Below are positions 18,054 to 27,823 of a stretch of 64,000 nt of DNA, piece after piece. Both the position numbers and the translations under genes were made by a program. The notes under the pieces are model-generated. The model was not told the DNA's origin. It made no database searches and saw nothing but the letters and a program-made list of their open reading frames with translations. How positions within the stretch are numbered: the first letter of the stretch is position 1; every line of letters begins with the position of its first letter. This DNA comes from an uncultured Chloroflexia bacterium (GTDB lineage Bacteria; Chloroflexota; Chloroflexia; QHBQ01; JADMIH01): contig CAWCNY010000002.1 of NCBI GenBank assembly GCA_963797095.1, forward strand, positions 896,001 through 960,000, given 5' to 3'.

Positions 18054-19559
18054 TTGAACGTTACACGTGAAGACTTGCCGGGCAGGCAAGTTGCCCTCAC
18101 AATCGAACTTGATGCCGATACCGTGAACTCGGCATTAGACCGAGCCTACAGGCAGTTGGTGAACCAGGTGAACGTGCCGGGATTCAGGCGCGGGCGCGCA
18201 CCCCGCTACATACTTGAAAGCTATGTTGGCAAAGATACATTAACCGAGCGTGCGGTTCGCAACATCCTGCCAGATAAGGTGCAGGATGCCATCAAAGACC
18301 AGGATATCACTGCGATGGACGTAAGCGATTACGAGATCGTCAGTATGGACCCTGTTCAGATCAAGGTGATCATAGTTCAGCCGCCGAAGGTTGAGCTTGG
18401 AGACTACAGCAACATACGCGTCGAAAAAGAATTGAAAGAGATCACCGATGCTGACGTTGAAGAGGTTATGCTTGAGTTGCGCCGCGAAGGTGCGCCCTGG
18501 AACGAGCCTGCCGAGCCTCGCCCCATCAAAGAAGGCGATATGGTCTACCTCAACCTGGAAGGGTTTACCACTCAAGGCCCATTAGAAGCCGCCACCCGCG
18601 AGAACTTTCCCACGATTGTGGGAGTCTCTCGTGCAGGCGTGCCTGAGGTGGTGAATCAGGCCCTGGTTGGTATGAACGTGGGCGATGAAAAGGATGTTAC
18701 CGACACTCTCCCCGATGATTATCCAATAGAGGAGCTTCGCGGCCTCGATGCAACCTACCATGTGACGGTGCTCTCAATGAAAGAGCAGGAACTGCCGGAG
18801 GTAGACGACGAATTCGCCAAGAAGGTCGGGTACGATACCATTTCGGAGTTGCGCGAAGCCGTGGAGGGCAATCTGAAAAACCGCGCCGAGGAAAACGCTT
18901 CGTCCAATCAACTGGACGCGATTATTGACCAACTGGTAGCGAGTTCCCAGGTGGAAGTGCCGGATGTCCTCGTCAATGAGGAACTTGACGGCATGCTCCA
19001 GAACCTCGAAGCACGCCTCAAGGAATCTCGTATAAACATTCGCCAGTACTTCACCTATAACGGCATTACCGAGGCCGAGTGGCGTGAAGCCAACCGGGAA
19101 CGCGCCAGGGAGCGCGTGATCAGAACGCAGGTCCTCTCCGAATTCGCCCGCCGCGAAGGTATCTCGGTGGACGAAGATGATGTGGATGGAGAGATCAATA
19201 CGATCCTGGAGCGGTTTGAGGGCGAAGAGCGCGATGCTGCCCAGAAGGTGCTAGGCGAGCACGAAGCCCGCCACGACCTCGAGGACAGGCTCTTCCAGCA
19301 AAAGATCGTTGAGCGCCTTGTGGGGATTGCCGAAGGTAAAATCGAGGCGGCCAAGCCTGACGAAACTGAAGCGGCAGAAGATGAGACCGGGGAAAGCTCT
19401 GGCGAAGCAGGCACAGCAGATGGCCTGGCTGAAGCGGGCGGCGCTGCCGAGGTGCTCGGTACAGGGGACGTAGACCTACAGTCCGAGAACGAAACAGGCG
19501 ACGCCCCAGGCGGTGGCACGCCCACCACAGCGCCCGGCCTGGACGAGACCGAAAGTTAG
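18054..19559 (+). CDS. tig: Trigger factor
   Basis: VPGFRRGRAP ribosome-binding signature, FKBP-like middle domain, acidic C-terminal extension; TTG start with GGAG RBS. Confidence 0.93.
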   Translation: MNVTREDLPGRQVALTIELDADTVNSALDRAYRQLVNQVNVPGFRRGRAPRYILESYVGKDTLTERAVRNILPDKVQDAIKDQDITAMDVSDYEIVSMDPVQIKVIIVQPPKVELGDYSNIRVEKELKEITDADVEEVMLELRREGAPWNEPAEPRPIKEGDMVYLNLEGFTTQGPLEAATRENFPTIVGVSRAGVPEVVNQALVGMNVGDEKDVTDTLPDDYPIEELRGLDATYHVTVLSMKEQELPEVDDEFAKKVGYDTISELREAVEGNLKNRAEENASSNQLDAIIDQLVASSQVEVPDVLVNEELDGMLQNLEARLKESRINIRQYFTYNGITEAEWREANRERARERVIRTQVLSEFARREGISVDEDDVDGEINTILERFEGEERDAAQKVLGEHEARHDLEDRLFQQKIVERLVGIAEGKIEAAKPDETEAAEDETGESSGEAGTADGLAEAGGAAEVLGTGDVDLQSENETGDAPGGGTPTTAPGLDETES

Positions 19560-19591
19560 CCCTGCCTGCTATCTCAATTGCATACAAAACA

Positions 19592-19642
19592 GACGTTGCC
19601 TGGCGCTTTATTCTGAGATAACATAGAGCGTCAGGCAACATC
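19592..19642 (+). terminator. Hairpin after tig
   Basis: gttgcctggcgctttat/atagagcgtcaggcaac imperfect inverted repeat. Confidence 0.55.
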
Positions 19643-19743
19643 TATCTCTATCTTTGCACATTTCAAAGTGAAAGATTGAAGGCATAGGGCCTATCGGGTA
19701 TAAGAGGGTTGCGAACACCAATCCTTACCCGAGGAGGACCACT

Positions 19744-21281
19744 ATGCCTACCCCCATTATATGCGCCGATGGGAGCGTGCGCTACTTCGCCCAGACCTTC
19801 CGTCACTGCTTCAGCAAGCCTCAATTCCAGTACTTTGTTACCGTACTGCTGGCCTTGCTGTTGTGCATGGAAGCTCGTACCCTGTGTGGACTGCACCGTG
19901 CTGTGTGCGGAGGCGGAGTACGCACCCGCGCTCGCGCTTACTGTGGCCTGAGCCGCTTCTTGAGCCGCGCTCCTTGGGAAGGGCAGGCTGTTGTGGCTGC
20001 CTGGTGTGCCCGTTTCCGAGCACAACTTGCCCCCCAGGTAGCCCAAGAGCGTGCCACCTTGCGTAGTCACCACCGACGCTACACCGGTCGGGGTCGTAAG
20101 GGTCGCCTTCCTGCTCGTGTAACCTCTGTGACCGGTTCTTGATTGGAGACGACTCCACCATGCACAAGCCCAAAGGCCGCAAGATGGCTGGGATAGGCCG
20201 CCACTTCTCCTCGACGGTGGGGCACCCGGTGCAAGGGCACAACATGTTGACCACCCTGTATGTGTTGCCTACGTTGGATAGGTGCTGTCCCCAGGCTCCT
20301 TGTCTGTATCGGCAGCGAGAGGTCTGTGAGCGAGAGGGTGTGCCCTTCAAGAGCAAGGTTGACCTGCTGGTGGAGCAGATTGAGAGTTTCGAGCCGGTGG
20401 AAGGGACCGACACCCATGTGCTGGTGGACAGTTGGTTTGGGTGCAAGGCGGTATGGAAGGCGGCTCGGCAGCGAGCCTTCCATATTACCAGTGGGCTGAA
20501 AGCCAATCGCTCCATCCGAGTAGAGCAGCTTGTCGGCGGTACGAGTGCCGCCAGTGCCGCCAGTGCCGCCAGTGCCGCCAGTGCCGCCAGTGCCGCCAGT
20601 GCCGCCAGTGCCGCCAGTGCCGCCAGTGCCGCCAGTGCCGCCAGTGCCGCCAGTGCCGCCAGTGCCGCCAGTGCCGCCAGTGCTGCAGACTGGTGTTGGC
20701 AGCCTCTGCCGGAATATGTGGCGGGCTTGAGCGAGGCCGATTACGTGCTGGTACGCTGGCCCAGAAGCGAACTCGGTTGCGGTCGCGATGCCGATGCCAA
20801 AGGGGAGGTGAGCACTGTGTACGCGCATGCGATTACCACAATGGTGCGTAAGCTGTACAAGTGCCAGGTGCTGGTAGTGAGGCACAGCCTGGGTGCTCCT
20901 GTGTCCGAGACCAGATACTGGGCATCGAGTGACTTGGGGGCAAGTGTGGAGCAGTTGCTGCAATATGTAGCGGCACGCTGGGACATCGAGGTGCTGTTTG
21001 CCGACTGCAAGGAGTTGATGGGGCTTGACCACTACCAAGTGATGAGCGCCCCGGCTATCGAGCGGTTCTGGACGTTGGTGTTGGCGGCGTACCTGCTCTT
21101 GGACGAGGAGCGTGCCCGTTTGCAGGCCACCACGACCGAGACTGAACATGTTCGTGTGACCATCGGGGATGCGCGCCGAGAAATGCAGCGAGTGCATCGG
21201 CGGCACTTGCTGGATTGGCTGCATAAGCAGTTTGTGGCGGGTGTTGCTCAGGAGCATCTGTATGACCTATTCGCCGCTTGA
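19744..21281 (+). pseudogene. IS701-like transposase, frameshifted near 20137, with an in-frame (SAA)16 expansion
   Basis: ORF 19744-20142 continues in a shifted frame as LIGDDSTMHK...VLVDSWF...RWDIEVLFADCKELMGL. Confidence 0.85.
20544..20687 (+). repeat. 9-bp tandem repeat (AGTGCCGCC)15 plus one degenerate unit
   Basis: Directly visible in the sequence. Confidence 0.97.
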
Positions 21282-21337
21282 CGGGCCAGTTCTAAAATCT
21301 GCAAAGATAGAGATCTATTTACAATGGGAGAAGAAGG

Positions 21338-22612
21338 ATGATAAACGAAGCCTCAATCAAAGCGGTAGCCGGCGCGCAATGGAACGAGCATTTCATCCGG
21401 CCCCTTTACGACTCGTATTGCTTCTCACAGATCCCGCGCCTCCTGCAATCGCTCTTTACCGGCGAAGATACCGAAATCCAGCAAAGGCTGCTTGGCCCAT
21501 TAGCCGGGCGATATGATAAGGTCATCCTTTTCTTCGTAGACGCGTTCGGCTGGCGCTTCTTCGAGCGCTATGCCGATGGCTATCCGGTGTTGCGTCGCAT
21601 CCTGGACGAGGGTTATGCTACCAAGCTCACTTCGCAGTTCCCCTCCACCACAGCGGCCCACGTAACCGCCATCCACACAGGCTTGCCCGTTGACCAGAGC
21701 GGCGTTTTCGAGTGGTTCTACTACGAGCCGAACATCGACGCCATGATCGCGCCTCTCCTCTTTTCGTTTGCGGGTGACAGGCAGCCTGGCACACTCCTAC
21801 AGGCGGGGGTCAAGCCGACCGATGTCTTCCCTTACCCTATTGAAACTGTCTACACAAAGCTCGCCGAGGCAGGTGTACGCTCGGCGGTATACCAGTCTGC
21901 GGCTTACACGCCATCGCCGCATGGGGCTATCGCGTTCCAGGGCGCTGAGGTTGTCCCCTTCGCCAAATTTGATGTGGCCCTCACCATACTTGCCGACCGG
22001 GTGCATAGCGAAGCCGGTCCTCGCTACTATTTCCTCTACTTCGATGGCATAGACTCAATCGGGCACGAAAGTGGCCCCAACTCCAGCGAATTCGATGCTT
22101 CTGTTGGCTATGCAATGAAGCAGATCGAGAAGTTCCTGTCAGATGCGCTCCGAGGCAGTCGTGGTCGCACCCTTTTTCTAATGACCGCCGACCACGGCCA
22201 GACCGAGACCAACCCCAAAACCACCTTCTATGTAAATCGCGAGATTCCAGGCTTCGACCGTTTCGTCAAGACCAACCGCAAAGGCCAGCTCATGGTGCCC
22301 GGTGGGTCGGCCCGCGACCTCTTCCTCTATATAACGGAAGAGCACGAAGAGGAAGCCTATTCTATCCTTCGAGACCGCCTCAATGGTCGTGCCGAAGTCT
22401 ACCATGTACGCGACCTTATTGCCGATCACATCTTCGGTTCGGGCGAGCCGTCCCAACGCCTTCTGGATCGTCTCAGCAATCTCGTTGCCCTCCCATACGC
22501 TGGCGAATCTATTTTCTGGTACGAGCAAGGCCGCTTCGAGCAACCCTTCTACGGCCATCACGGGGGCCTGACCCGCCACGAAATGGAAACGATCCTGCTG
22601 GCGCAAGCGTGA
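21338..22612 (+). CDS. Alkaline-phosphatase-superfamily protein (nucleotide pyrophosphatase/phosphodiesterase-like)
   Basis: FFVDAFG, FPSTT, DSIGH, TADHG, HHGG metal-binding motifs. Confidence 0.88.
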   Translation: MINEASIKAVAGAQWNEHFIRPLYDSYCFSQIPRLLQSLFTGEDTEIQQRLLGPLAGRYDKVILFFVDAFGWRFFERYADGYPVLRRILDEGYATKLTSQFPSTTAAHVTAIHTGLPVDQSGVFEWFYYEPNIDAMIAPLLFSFAGDRQPGTLLQAGVKPTDVFPYPIETVYTKLAEAGVRSAVYQSAAYTPSPHGAIAFQGAEVVPFAKFDVALTILADRVHSEAGPRYYFLYFDGIDSIGHESGPNSSEFDASVGYAMKQIEKFLSDALRGSRGRTLFLMTADHGQTETNPKTTFYVNREIPGFDRFVKTNRKGQLMVPGGSARDLFLYITEEHEEEAYSILRDRLNGRAEVYHVRDLIADHIFGSGEPSQRLLDRLSNLVALPYAGESIFWYEQGRFEQPFYGHHGGLTRHEMETILLAQA

Positions 22613-22700
22613 TACGTGATACGCAATACGTGAAGACGAGAACAGGAATACGAGGTAAGTAGTAAGCAATAGTCACATATCACGTTTCATGTATCACTCG

Positions 22701-24008
22701 TCACGGCGACACTCGACCTGAGTCTCGCGGAAAGATGGTCACCTCCCTGACGTTGGATGTGCCGGTCAATCGCGCTACCCACCTTTCCAGGCCAATAGCG
22801 AACCCTCCATGCGGCGGCATCCCGTACTTGAACGCTTCCAGGTAGCTCTCGAACGGCTCAGTTTGCAACCCTCGCTCCTCCAGCGCGTTCAAATAGTCCT
22901 TATAGCGATGCAGGCGCTGGCCTCCCGTTACAAGCTCAAGCCCTCGAAACAGCAGGTCGAAGCCATTCGAGTAGCCCGGCCTCTCCGGGTCGGGGTGTGT
23001 GTAGAATGGCCGCTTCGCCATAGGATACCCGACCACATACAGGAACTCGGACCCGTATTCACGCATAGCCCATTCTCCCAGCCACGCCTCCTCCGACGGG
23101 CTTAGGTCGGGTTCCGCGCTCACATCCTCGCTCGTCGCCTCTACATACAGCTTCTTGGCCTCGGTGAAATGTATGCCCGGTATCGTCTCCGGGACCTCGG
23201 GCAACTTCGCACCGGCCAGCGCAACCGCCTCCGGCTCTAATGCCACTGCTGCCACCATCTCCCGTAATACTTCGGTCAGCATCGCCATCACATCCTTGTG
23301 ATCCTCGATGAACCCCATTTCCATGTCCAGCGATACAAATTCGTTCAGATGGCGCGGCGTGCTGTGCGGCTCGGCGCGAAACACCGGGCCAACCTCATAC
23401 ACCCGCTCGAACACCCCAACCATCGTCTGCTTATAGAATTGTGGGCTTTGTGCCAGGTAAGCAGGCTCTCCGAAATAATCGATCTTGAACACATTCGCCC
23501 CGCTCTCAGTGGCGCTCGCCACGATCTTGGGGGTCTGGATCTCCGTAAATCCTCTGCTATTGAGTGCTGCCCGGAAGCCTGCCATCGACGCTGTTGCCAT
23601 GCGCCACATAGCACGCGCCCTGGGGTGCCTGAGCGATAGCGCGGCATGGTCCAGGATCGTGGGCAGGAGCGCCTTGATCTGCGGGCGAAACATGTCGAAC
23701 ATCGGCGTTTCTACGGCGGGCGAAATCACCTCGATCTGAGGCTCGTGTATCTCGTATCCTCTCAGCGCTTGCGCTTCTGCCACAACCACTCCCTCCACGG
23801 CGATCACCGACTCATGGGGCACACGCAGATTCTCCCCGGCCATCGAATGCTCACCGGAAACGATCTGCGCCAATCCCTCCTTGTCCCGAAGGATGATAAA
23901 GCTCACCTCGCTCAAGCGCCGGTAGTGGTGTAGCCACCCCATCAGGCGCACCCGCTGGCCTTCGTGTTCGGCCAGTTGCGTGGTCCATATTCTTCTTCTC
24001 TCTTGCAC
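22701..24008 (-). CDS. aspS: Aspartate-tRNA(Asp/Asn) ligase, short non-discriminating (archaeal-like) type
   Basis: 435 aa; OB-fold; YLAQSPQFYKQ, FRAE, PPHGGFAIGLER; no GAD insertion; T-box leader with Asp specifier. Confidence 0.92.
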   Translation of the reverse strand: MQERRRIWTTQLAEHEGQRVRLMGWLHHYRRLSEVSFIILRDKEGLAQIVSGEHSMAGENLRVPHESVIAVEGVVVAEAQALRGYEIHEPQIEVISPAVETPMFDMFRPQIKALLPTILDHAALSLRHPRARAMWRMATASMAGFRAALNSRGFTEIQTPKIVASATESGANVFKIDYFGEPAYLAQSPQFYKQTMVGVFERVYEVGPVFRAEPHSTPRHLNEFVSLDMEMGFIEDHKDVMAMLTEVLREMVAAVALEPEAVALAGAKLPEVPETIPGIHFTEAKKLYVEATSEDVSAEPDLSPSEEAWLGEWAMREYGSEFLYVVGYPMAKRPFYTHPDPERPGYSNGFDLLFRGLELVTGGQRLHRYKDYLNALEERGLQTEPFESYLEAFKYGMPPHGGFAIGLERWVARLTGTSNVREVTIFPRDSGRVSP

Positions 24009-24027
24009 AGTAGTACCTCCATAGCAG

Positions 24028-24286
24028 AATCAAGAAGCCCCCTTCGCCATGCGGACGAAGGAGGCTTCCGTGGTACCACCGCACTTCGCGATTGCGTTCC
24101 CATCCCTTGGGAACTCTAGCAATCGCCTCATGCCCGCTAACGGGGGCGAACCGTCAAGGCTTACTCGATTTCTCTTTCTTCCTCGCGCTCAGGAGTGTCT
24201 CCGCAGGTACCGGATGCCGCCCTCCCACCCTCGACGGCTCTCTGTGCTCCGATTACGCCTGCTACTCTTCTCCGTCGTAGCTTTTC
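24028..24286 (-). ncRNA. T-box riboswitch with Asp (GAC) specifier
   Basis: Minus strand has AGAGA and GGUGGGA stem-I motifs, GAC at 24199-24197, T-box AAGTGCGGTGGTACCACG (24086-24069) and terminator gaagcctccttcg/cgaagggggcttc. Confidence 0.9.
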
Positions 24287-24387
24287 CTGTATGATCCTAC
24301 CTTACCAGATTGGCGTGTAGCCTGCAATCGGTCTGCGGTCTGACCTGTATAATCACAATGAAGTATCTTGCGATCCGGAGCGCCGTC

Positions 24388-25005
24388 ATGCCAACCCACG
24401 ATTGGAGATCGTTTCTTTCCCAGTTCAGCAAAGAGTTACTGGCCGACCCTCAGTTTCGTGCGGCTTCCCCCATCGAAGCCATAGCGTCAGGCTGGCTTGG
24501 CTTTCCCGGAGCCTCTGAGGCGCAGCTAGCAGATGCGGAGGCACGGCTCGGCACCAGGTTACCCCCTTCCTACCGGCAATTCCTTGGCACTACCAACGGC
24601 TGGCTAACTCTTGGTCATTTCATCAACAATATCTGGCCCATCGAAAAAGTAGATTGGTTCAGGGTGCGCAACCAGTGGGCCATCGATGCCTGGCAACTGG
24701 GCGAGAACTACTACAGTTCTGCCCCAACCACACGTCCTAGCGTGCCCGATGAAAAGTATTTCATCTACGGCGCAGATCAAGACCCCGCCTACCTGCGTTC
24801 CGAGTATTTGCACACTGCTCTGGAGATCAGCGATTGGGGTGATTCCGCCATCCTCCTGCTAAATCCACAGGTAGTTTTCGATGACGGAGAGTGGGAGGCG
24901 TGGTTCCATGCTAATTGGCTCCCTGGTGCCAGGCGATATCGTTCCTTCCTGGCTCTAATGCAGGATGAGTATCAAGCTTATCTCTATGTGAGAGATCACG
25001 GCTGA
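24388..25005 (+). CDS. SMI1/KNR4-family protein
   Basis: GASEAQLADAEARLGTRLPPSYRQFL..TNG and LLNP...GEWEAW...W.PGA.RY.SF. Confidence 0.87.
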   Translation: MPTHDWRSFLSQFSKELLADPQFRAASPIEAIASGWLGFPGASEAQLADAEARLGTRLPPSYRQFLGTTNGWLTLGHFINNIWPIEKVDWFRVRNQWAIDAWQLGENYYSSAPTTRPSVPDEKYFIYGADQDPAYLRSEYLHTALEISDWGDSAILLLNPQVVFDDGEWEAWFHANWLPGARRYRSFLALMQDEYQAYLYVRDHG

Positions 25006-25212
25006 TGCAAAGTCAGATAAAGCGGTGTTTCCCACCGCCCATCCAGGCCTTGTCATTCTGAACGAAGTGAAGAATGACATTACCAAACCTGGTGTGTCCG
25101 ATCCGACTTTGCATCAGCCGTTCATGAGCCTGTGGCACACCCCCAAGGATGAAAATTGGCCAAGCGCCTGGTACAGTTGTTGGTTACAGCGCCTATTTTC
25201 TTGGCAGCCCTG
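24997..25212. mobile_element. Non-autonomous compound insertion (MITE-like) with 10-bp target duplication
   Basis: TGTGAGAGAT at 24987-24996 and 25213-25222; CA(C/G)GGCTG inverted ends; internal 21-bp IR 24998-25018/25101-25121; REP-like gtcattctgaacgaagtgaagaat inside. Confidence 0.72.
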
Positions 25213-25251
25213 TGTGAGAGATAACGACAATAGAGAGTGATCCGCATGGTA

Positions 25252-25260
25252 TGGTATAAT
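25252..25260 (+). promoter_or_regulatory. Putative extended -10 promoter upstream of clpP
   Basis: tggtataat. Confidence 0.45.
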
Positions 25261-25433
25261 AGAAGAAGGCTGACCGTCTATACAGATCGCCTTACCTTAT
25301 AGCCCCAAATCCCCAAAATCAGCAAAAGTTAATGACATAACATCCAATAATCCCCGAAATTGGCTGGGGAAAACCAATTGTACTCCGTTATGTCATGCAG
25401 TATAATGAGCCCAAGAGGGCAGGAGTAAGAAAC

Positions 25434-26138
25434 ATGAATCAAATTTCACCCCTGTGGACCCCATCGTCCCAGACTCAGCCTGTTGCGCCCCAGTCTGTGA
25501 TCCCTTATGTAGTGGAGAGCAGCAACAGAGGTGAGCGCGTATACGATATCTACTCGCGCCTGTTGCGCGACCGCATCATCTTCCTCGGCACCCCGATCGA
25601 TGATCAGGTCGCCAATGCCGTAGTCGCTCAGCTACTCTTCCTTGACCATGAGGACCCTGAGCGCGACATCCAGCTATATATCCACTCGCCGGGCGGCTCC
25701 GTAACTGCCGGTCTCGCGGTCTACGATACCATGCAGTTCGTTCGCCCCGACGTGAGCACTCTTTGTGTGGGTCTCTCTGCATCGATGGCTACCGTCCTCC
25801 TGTGCGCGGGCGCGAAGGGCAAGCGCTATGCTCTCCCTAATTCCACGATCCACCAGCATCCTGCGGGCGTTGGCGGCATCGGCGGCTACGCCCCCGATAT
25901 CGAGATCCAGGCCCGCGAGCTTATCCGCCAGCAGTCGAGGGTCCGCCAGATCATGGCTGACCACACCGGCCAGTCTATCGAGCGTATATCCCGCGACTTT
26001 GACCGCGATATGTACATGGACACCCAGCAGGCCAAAGAGTATGGTATCATCGATGAGATCATGCCAACTGCTCATGCAATACCAGGCAACGAAAAGAACT
26101 CCGCCGATTCACTGATAGCGGGCGGACTCAAGCTCTAA
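25434..26138 (+). CDS. clpP: ATP-dependent Clp protease proteolytic subunit
   Basis: [28 protein letters not shown] (catalytic Ser), [13 protein letters not shown]. Confidence 0.96.
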   Translation: MNQISPLWTPSSQTQPVAPQSVIPYVVESSNRGERVYDIYSRLLRDRIIFLGTPIDDQVANAVVAQLLFLDHEDPERDIQLYIHSPGGSVTAGLAVYDTMQFVRPDVSTLCVGLSASMATVLLCAGAKGKRYALPNSTIHQHPAGVGGIGGYAPDIEIQARELIRQQSRVRQIMADHTGQSIERISRDFDRDMYMDTQQAKEYGIIDEIMPTAHAIPGNEKNSADSLIAGGLKL

Positions 26139-26139
26139 A

Positions 26140-26197
26140 GTGATATGTGATATGTGGTACGTGAATTCTCACTCACGTACCACATATCACATATCAC
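26140..26197. repeat. Heptamer-repeat hairpin between clpP and clpX
   Basis: gtgatatgtgatatgtggtacgtga / tcacgtaccacatatcacatatcac, a perfect 25-bp IR built from 7-bp units. Confidence 0.9.
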
Positions 26198-26222
26198 ATA
26201 CCAATCCGAGGAGTTGACCAGC

Positions 26223-27530
26223 ATGGCTAGCACGAGAGGTGGGAAGCCCCAATACCGTTGCTCGTTCTGTGGTAAAAGCCAGGAAGATGTGCGCCGCCTT
26301 ATAGCAGGGCCGGGAGCTGTCTATATCTGCGACGAGTGCGTGGAGCTTTGCCGAGAGATCATTGATGAAGACGATCTCACAGCATCCCACAAACCAGGCT
26401 TCAGACTGGACCGCGATATCCCCAAGCCTCGCCGTATATCCGAGATGCTTGATAGCTATGTAATAGGCCAGGACCGAGCCAAAAAGGTGCTCTCCGTGGC
26501 CGTCTACAATCACTACAAGCGCATTGTTTCCGGCATCAAAGGCGATGAGATAGAGCTTCAGAAGAGCAATATCCTCTTGCTTGGGCCTACAGGTTGCGGC
26601 AAAACTTTGCTCGCCCAGACCCTCGCCAAGATACTCGATGTGCCCTTCTCCATAGCCGACGCCACCGCCCTCACCGAAGCAGGCTACGTGGGTGAAGACG
26701 TGGAGAATATCCTCCTGAGACTCCTCCAATCGTCTGACCTCGACATACAGCGCGCCGAAAAAGGCATCGTCTACATAGACGAGATCGATAAGATTGCCCG
26801 CAAGAGCGACAACCCTTCAATTACCCGCGACGTATCGGGTGAGGGTGTGCAACAGGCGCTCCTCAAGATCATCGAAGGCACCGTCGCGAATGTGCCTCCT
26901 CAGTCGGGCAGAAAGCACCCCCACCAGGACTTCATCCAGGTAGATACCTCCAACATCCTTTTCGTCTGTGGCGGAGCGTTTGAAGGCCTGGAGGAGATCA
27001 TAGCCAGGCGCGTGGGTGGGGGCGATACCATCGGGTTCGGCAAGCACCTGACCGGTGAGGAGCGGATGCGCCAATCAGCCAATCTCCTCTCCAAAGTGAT
27101 CCCTGAGGACCTTCTCAAGTATGGCCTGATCCCCGAATTCGTAGGTCGCCTCCCCATAATCGTGGCCCTCGACCCATTAGAGCAGACGGCCCTGGTGCGC
27201 ATCCTTGTAGAGCCAAAGAACGCCATTGTCAAGCAGTATGAGAAACTGCTTCAGCAAGACAAAGTCGAGTTGATTTTCACCCAGGATGCCCTCGAAGCCG
27301 TGGCCGACAAAGCCCTCAAGCAGAAAACCGGCGCTCGCGGTCTGCGCACGATCATCGAGGAGATTCTGCTCGACGTGATGTTCGACATCCCATCACAAGA
27401 GAGCGTGCGTCAGTGTGTGATCAATCGCGAGGTAATAGAGGGCACGCGCCCTCCCCTCCTTGTTACCCGCAACGACCGTGGTCGCACTATCGAACGGGGC
27501 AGCACCAAAGACCTCGAAGAGAGCGCTTGA
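26223..27530 (+). CDS. clpX: ATP-dependent Clp protease ATP-binding subunit ClpX
   Basis: CSFCGK...ICDEC zinc finger; GPTGCGKT; GYVGEDVE; RKHP; IGF loop; GARGLR. Confidence 0.97.
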   Translation: MASTRGGKPQYRCSFCGKSQEDVRRLIAGPGAVYICDECVELCREIIDEDDLTASHKPGFRLDRDIPKPRRISEMLDSYVIGQDRAKKVLSVAVYNHYKRIVSGIKGDEIELQKSNILLLGPTGCGKTLLAQTLAKILDVPFSIADATALTEAGYVGEDVENILLRLLQSSDLDIQRAEKGIVYIDEIDKIARKSDNPSITRDVSGEGVQQALLKIIEGTVANVPPQSGRKHPHQDFIQVDTSNILFVCGGAFEGLEEIIARRVGGGDTIGFGKHLTGEERMRQSANLLSKVIPEDLLKYGLIPEFVGRLPIIVALDPLEQTALVRILVEPKNAIVKQYEKLLQQDKVELIFTQDALEAVADKALKQKTGARGLRTIIEEILLDVMFDIPSQESVRQCVINREVIEGTRPPLLVTRNDRGRTIERGSTKDLEESA

Positions 27531-27548
27531 TCCCTTCGCGGAATCTGA

Positions 27549-27685
27549 AAAACATGGGTCATCCCGAATTTTAGATTCAGCTTCCCAGGTGTATAATCTG
27601 CTTCTAAAATAGGCAAAATGGCGGCGAAGCCGCCATTTTGCCTATTTTAGAAAGCCCCTCCCAAAATTGGGGATGCCTTATGTTT
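27549..27685. repeat. Structured repeat / MITE-like element, copy 2
   Basis: catcccgaatttt...aaaattggggatg terminal IR; 24-bp hairpin ttctaaaataggcaaaatggcggc/gccgccattttgcctattttagaa. Confidence 0.82.
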
Positions 27686-27823
27686 CCTACCTGACCTTCG
27701 GTCCAGAACTTCGCTGTCTTTGGCTCTTGCGTAGAAACGCAATGCTCGTTACAATCCAGGTGTTGTTCGTAGAGCCCTGTTGAATATCTGCCGTTGCTTG
27801 CAATACGGCCGAAAGGGTACCTT

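Larger units (their letters stand above)
19646..21312 (+). mobile_element. IS701-like insertion sequence
   Basis: Terminal IRs ctctatctttgcacattt / aaatctgcaaagatagag; flanking duplication ATCTAT at 19640-19645 and 21313-21318; DDE transposase inside. Confidence 0.88.

Noticed and set aside
20544-20687. Possible CRISPR array
   Set aside because: Pure 9-bp tandem repeat with no spacers, and no cas genes in the window.
20079-21257. 392-aa minus-strand ORF with GGT repeats, and RQC/VPP-repeat ORFs
   Set aside because: Alternative-frame readings of the 9-bp repeat; only the + frame has DDE transposase motifs.
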